Of a stretch of DNA of 64,000 nucleotides, positions 61,311 through 64,000 are shown one piece after another (the stretch's first letter is position 1; every line of letters begins with the position of its first letter). The DNA is from Octopus bimaculoides. Its lineage: Eukaryota. The stretch is from contig NC_068998.1 in assembly GCF_001194135.2 (NCBI RefSeq), positions 43,085,442-43,149,441 of the forward strand. The letters are read 5' to 3'. Below the pieces are notes generated by a model, which worked only from the letters and a program-made list of their open reading frames with translations, made no database searches and was not told the origin of the DNA. Position numbers and translations under genes: made by a program.

Positions 61311-62583
61311 GCTGAAAGCAAGTTTCTTACCACACAGCCACGCCTGCACCGATGCCTAAGCATGAAAGTAAAACAGGAACTTTTCAAGTTGTAAACACTG
61401 AATAGTTTATATGTAACTTTATGAGAATTGTGTGATAAACAAAGTTTTCTTGGGTTGTTTTTCCACTCCAATTAGAAAGATGAAAGCACTTTTAAGTTTT
61501 AGACAAGATTAAAGATGTTATAAGAACATGAAATAAGCCATCTTCTTATCTCTATCATTTATACACCAGTCAAAATAATTTAGCCCATTCATGGAAAAAA
61601 AAAAGAGGAAAGAGAAAGAAAAAAAAGTCCAAGAATTGCAGAGATCAACTTAAAACTTCACAACATTTATTAATAGGATATCAGTCTATGGATTTAGCTA
61701 TAAGTCATTGTAGAATGCAAGGAAGCAGCGTTTGTTATGGGCTAGAATGAAGCTAATATAACAGCTTGGTGAAACGGCAGCCAGATTTATGTCAGAAAGA
61801 GAGAGGAAGAGAGAGAGAGAGTGAGAGAGAGAGAGAGTGAGAGAGAGAGAGAGAGAGAAACAGACAGACAAAAGAGGAGGAGTAGCTGTTCAGTAGTGCA
61901 AACAGGGATATATAAGACTTAATCTCTGAATTACAGTTTAGAATTGTAGAAGTCTTTTTTTTTTTTAATCTCTAATGCTTTCATTTTAGTCTTGAATTTT
62001 ATTGATCATAAATACATTTTTGGAAAATTTTAGAAACCTCTGTTTTCTTCTTCTTCTTCTCCTCTTACATCCTGCTCCTCCTCCTCTTCTTCATCATTTC
62101 TTCTTCTTCTTCTTCTTCTTCTTTCAGTCTTATAAGTTCCTTTTTCTATTCTTAATTTTTGTTCTAGTTTCTTTATTTTGCCTTCTCTATCCTTGTCACC
62201 ATCTTATTTTCATTTTCTGCCTTCTTGTTTATGCTGTTCTTGTTGCCTTGTTGCTGTTTCCTGCCTTCACAAAGCATCTTTTTCCCAATTCTGCCTATTT
62301 TCCAAATTAGGATGATATTTTGTTGTAATTTCTTTGTAATCAATTCAACAAAATAAATACACACTAAGTAAAAAAAAAAAGAATACATTTTGAAAAACCT
62401 TTTCTTTAAGTCTGACATTCAACACGAACCCATCAACGAAACAAGCATCCAAAATAGACAACAAAAAAAAACCCTCCTGGCTTTTGTACAGAAAAGGCAC
62501 AAAAGTTTAAGCAAACATATTATTGAAGAAAATATTATCATTCTTGCAAAACACAGTGATAATGTCTGTTATAAAGTTCTTAA

Positions 62584-62756
62584 CCCTTTGCTTGTCCTGT
62601 GTTTCACGTGTAATTCACAGGACATATTTTTCTGAAATTCATGTATCCTATGCGATAAACATTTCCAGTTTTTTTTTGTTTTCAAATGTTGTATTCACTT
62701 GGAATTTATGTACAGAATGTTGTATATCACTCAGAGCAGCATGTACGAAGCAAGGG
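62584..62756. mobile_element. Possible small piggyBac-like MITE
   Basis: TTAA|CCCTTTGCTT ... AAGCAAGGG|ATAA. Confidence 0.45.
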
Positions 62757-62784
62757 ATAATAACTAAGTCTGGAAACAAGCATT

Positions 62785-63150
62785 GACATCATCATCATCA
62801 TCACCGTCATCATTATCATCACCGTCATCATCATCACCATCATCATTATCATCATCATTGTTGTCATCATCATCATCATCATGATTACCATCATCATCAT
62901 CATCAACACCATCATCATTACCATCATCATCACACTTATCATCATCATTGTTGTCATCACCATCATCATCACCCTGATCATCATCATTGTTGTCATCATC
63001 ACCATCATCATCACCATTGTCATCCTCATCGTCAGCATCATCATCATCAGCAGCATCATTATTGTCATCATTGGCATCATCATCGTTGTCATCATCATCA
63101 TCATTGTTGTTGTTGTCATCACCATCCACCTCCTCCTCCTCCTCCTCATC
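62785..63150. repeat. Imperfect (CAT)n trinucleotide tract
   Basis: Direct reading. Source of the poly-D/M/I/S ORFs. Confidence 0.95.
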
Positions 63151-63884
63151 ATCATCTGATAAGTCAGAAGACTGCGCCAAGCCCTATATTCTACTTTGGC
63201 ATTGGTTTCTACGGTTGGACGAATATTTTCCTTGCCAAATAAAGAAATGAGAGCACATGCCAATAGTTTCACATTTGTCTGCAACAACAGGCAAATTTTG
63301 AATACGAACTTGTCCAAGAAAATATATATTGGCAAAATTTTGTAACAAAATTAAATGCCAGTCTACTGGACATTTTTATTTAATAATTTTATTTAAAAAG
63401 TGGGACAATCTTCTACGCATTACAAAATGCATTTTCCTCTTGGCCACAAATATACAAATATAAACCTACTGCAACTGATAGGTGGGGCAATATTTCCTTT
63501 ATGGAACGAGTAAAGTCTCTTAGAACCATGTGACTGATGTTTGCAATGTGGCAAGCCATTTTAATATATCGCATATCTGACAATACGTGCATGTCAGGAT
63601 ACTTAGGTTGATTAAATTGAGAGCCACAATCAAATATTGGTAACAATGTCATTTTTGTGTTTCAAAGTCATTGTTGTAGTACATATGGATGGTTGATGAG
63701 TGCTGATGTGACTAGGAAGCTATATAAATAGAGATACAATATAAATTCACACAACACCTACTGTTATATTCATCCATCCATCTAACAATATATCCATCTA
63801 TCTATCTACCTATCTATCTATCTATCTATCTGTTGGCCTACCTGTCTTTCTCTCTATCTGTACATACACACATACATACATACA

Positions 63885-63950
63885 TACCAAAGGTGGTGCT
63901 CCAGCATGGCCACAGTCAAATGACTGAAACAAGTAAAAGAATAAAAGAAT

Positions 63951-64000
<50 letters not shown>
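63885..64000 (+). mobile_element. SINE family A 3' end followed by (CA)n
   Basis: AAAGGTGGTGCTCCAGCATGGCCACAGTCAAATGACTGAAACAAGTAAAAGA. Confidence 0.85.

Overview
Strongly AT-rich eukaryotic (animal) genomic DNA from a short-read-style assembly. It has 15 N-gaps (~4.5 kb), most of them next to (TA)n/(CA)n or other short tandem tracts. The repeat content resembles octopus DNA: tRNA-headed SINEs with internal microsatellites, RTE 3' ends with (GAT)n tails, and TTAA-flanked MITEs. That taxon call is my inference from recalled repeat families, not a database match. I could not identify any intact protein-coding gene, tRNA or rRNA gene. Nearly all listed ORFs are microsatellite or gap artefacts, so the window looks intronic or intergenic. 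It contains dozens of SINE copies from about five families (labelled A, B, C, E, H here), RTE-LINE 3' ends (labelled D), and decayed RTE, CR1/L2, R4-like, Penelope-like and hAT coding remnants. The most interesting signal is invisible to the ORF track: hammerhead-ribozyme (HHR) folds from four unrelated repeat families lie between 11.6 and 32.6 kb. Two have intact catalytic cores (27413-27459 on +; 32550-32601 on -). One family is a ~375-bp element with ~77-96-bp terminal inverted repeats and a central hammerhead. It also occurs as a tandem pair with ~298-nt spacing, which resembles a retrozyme.
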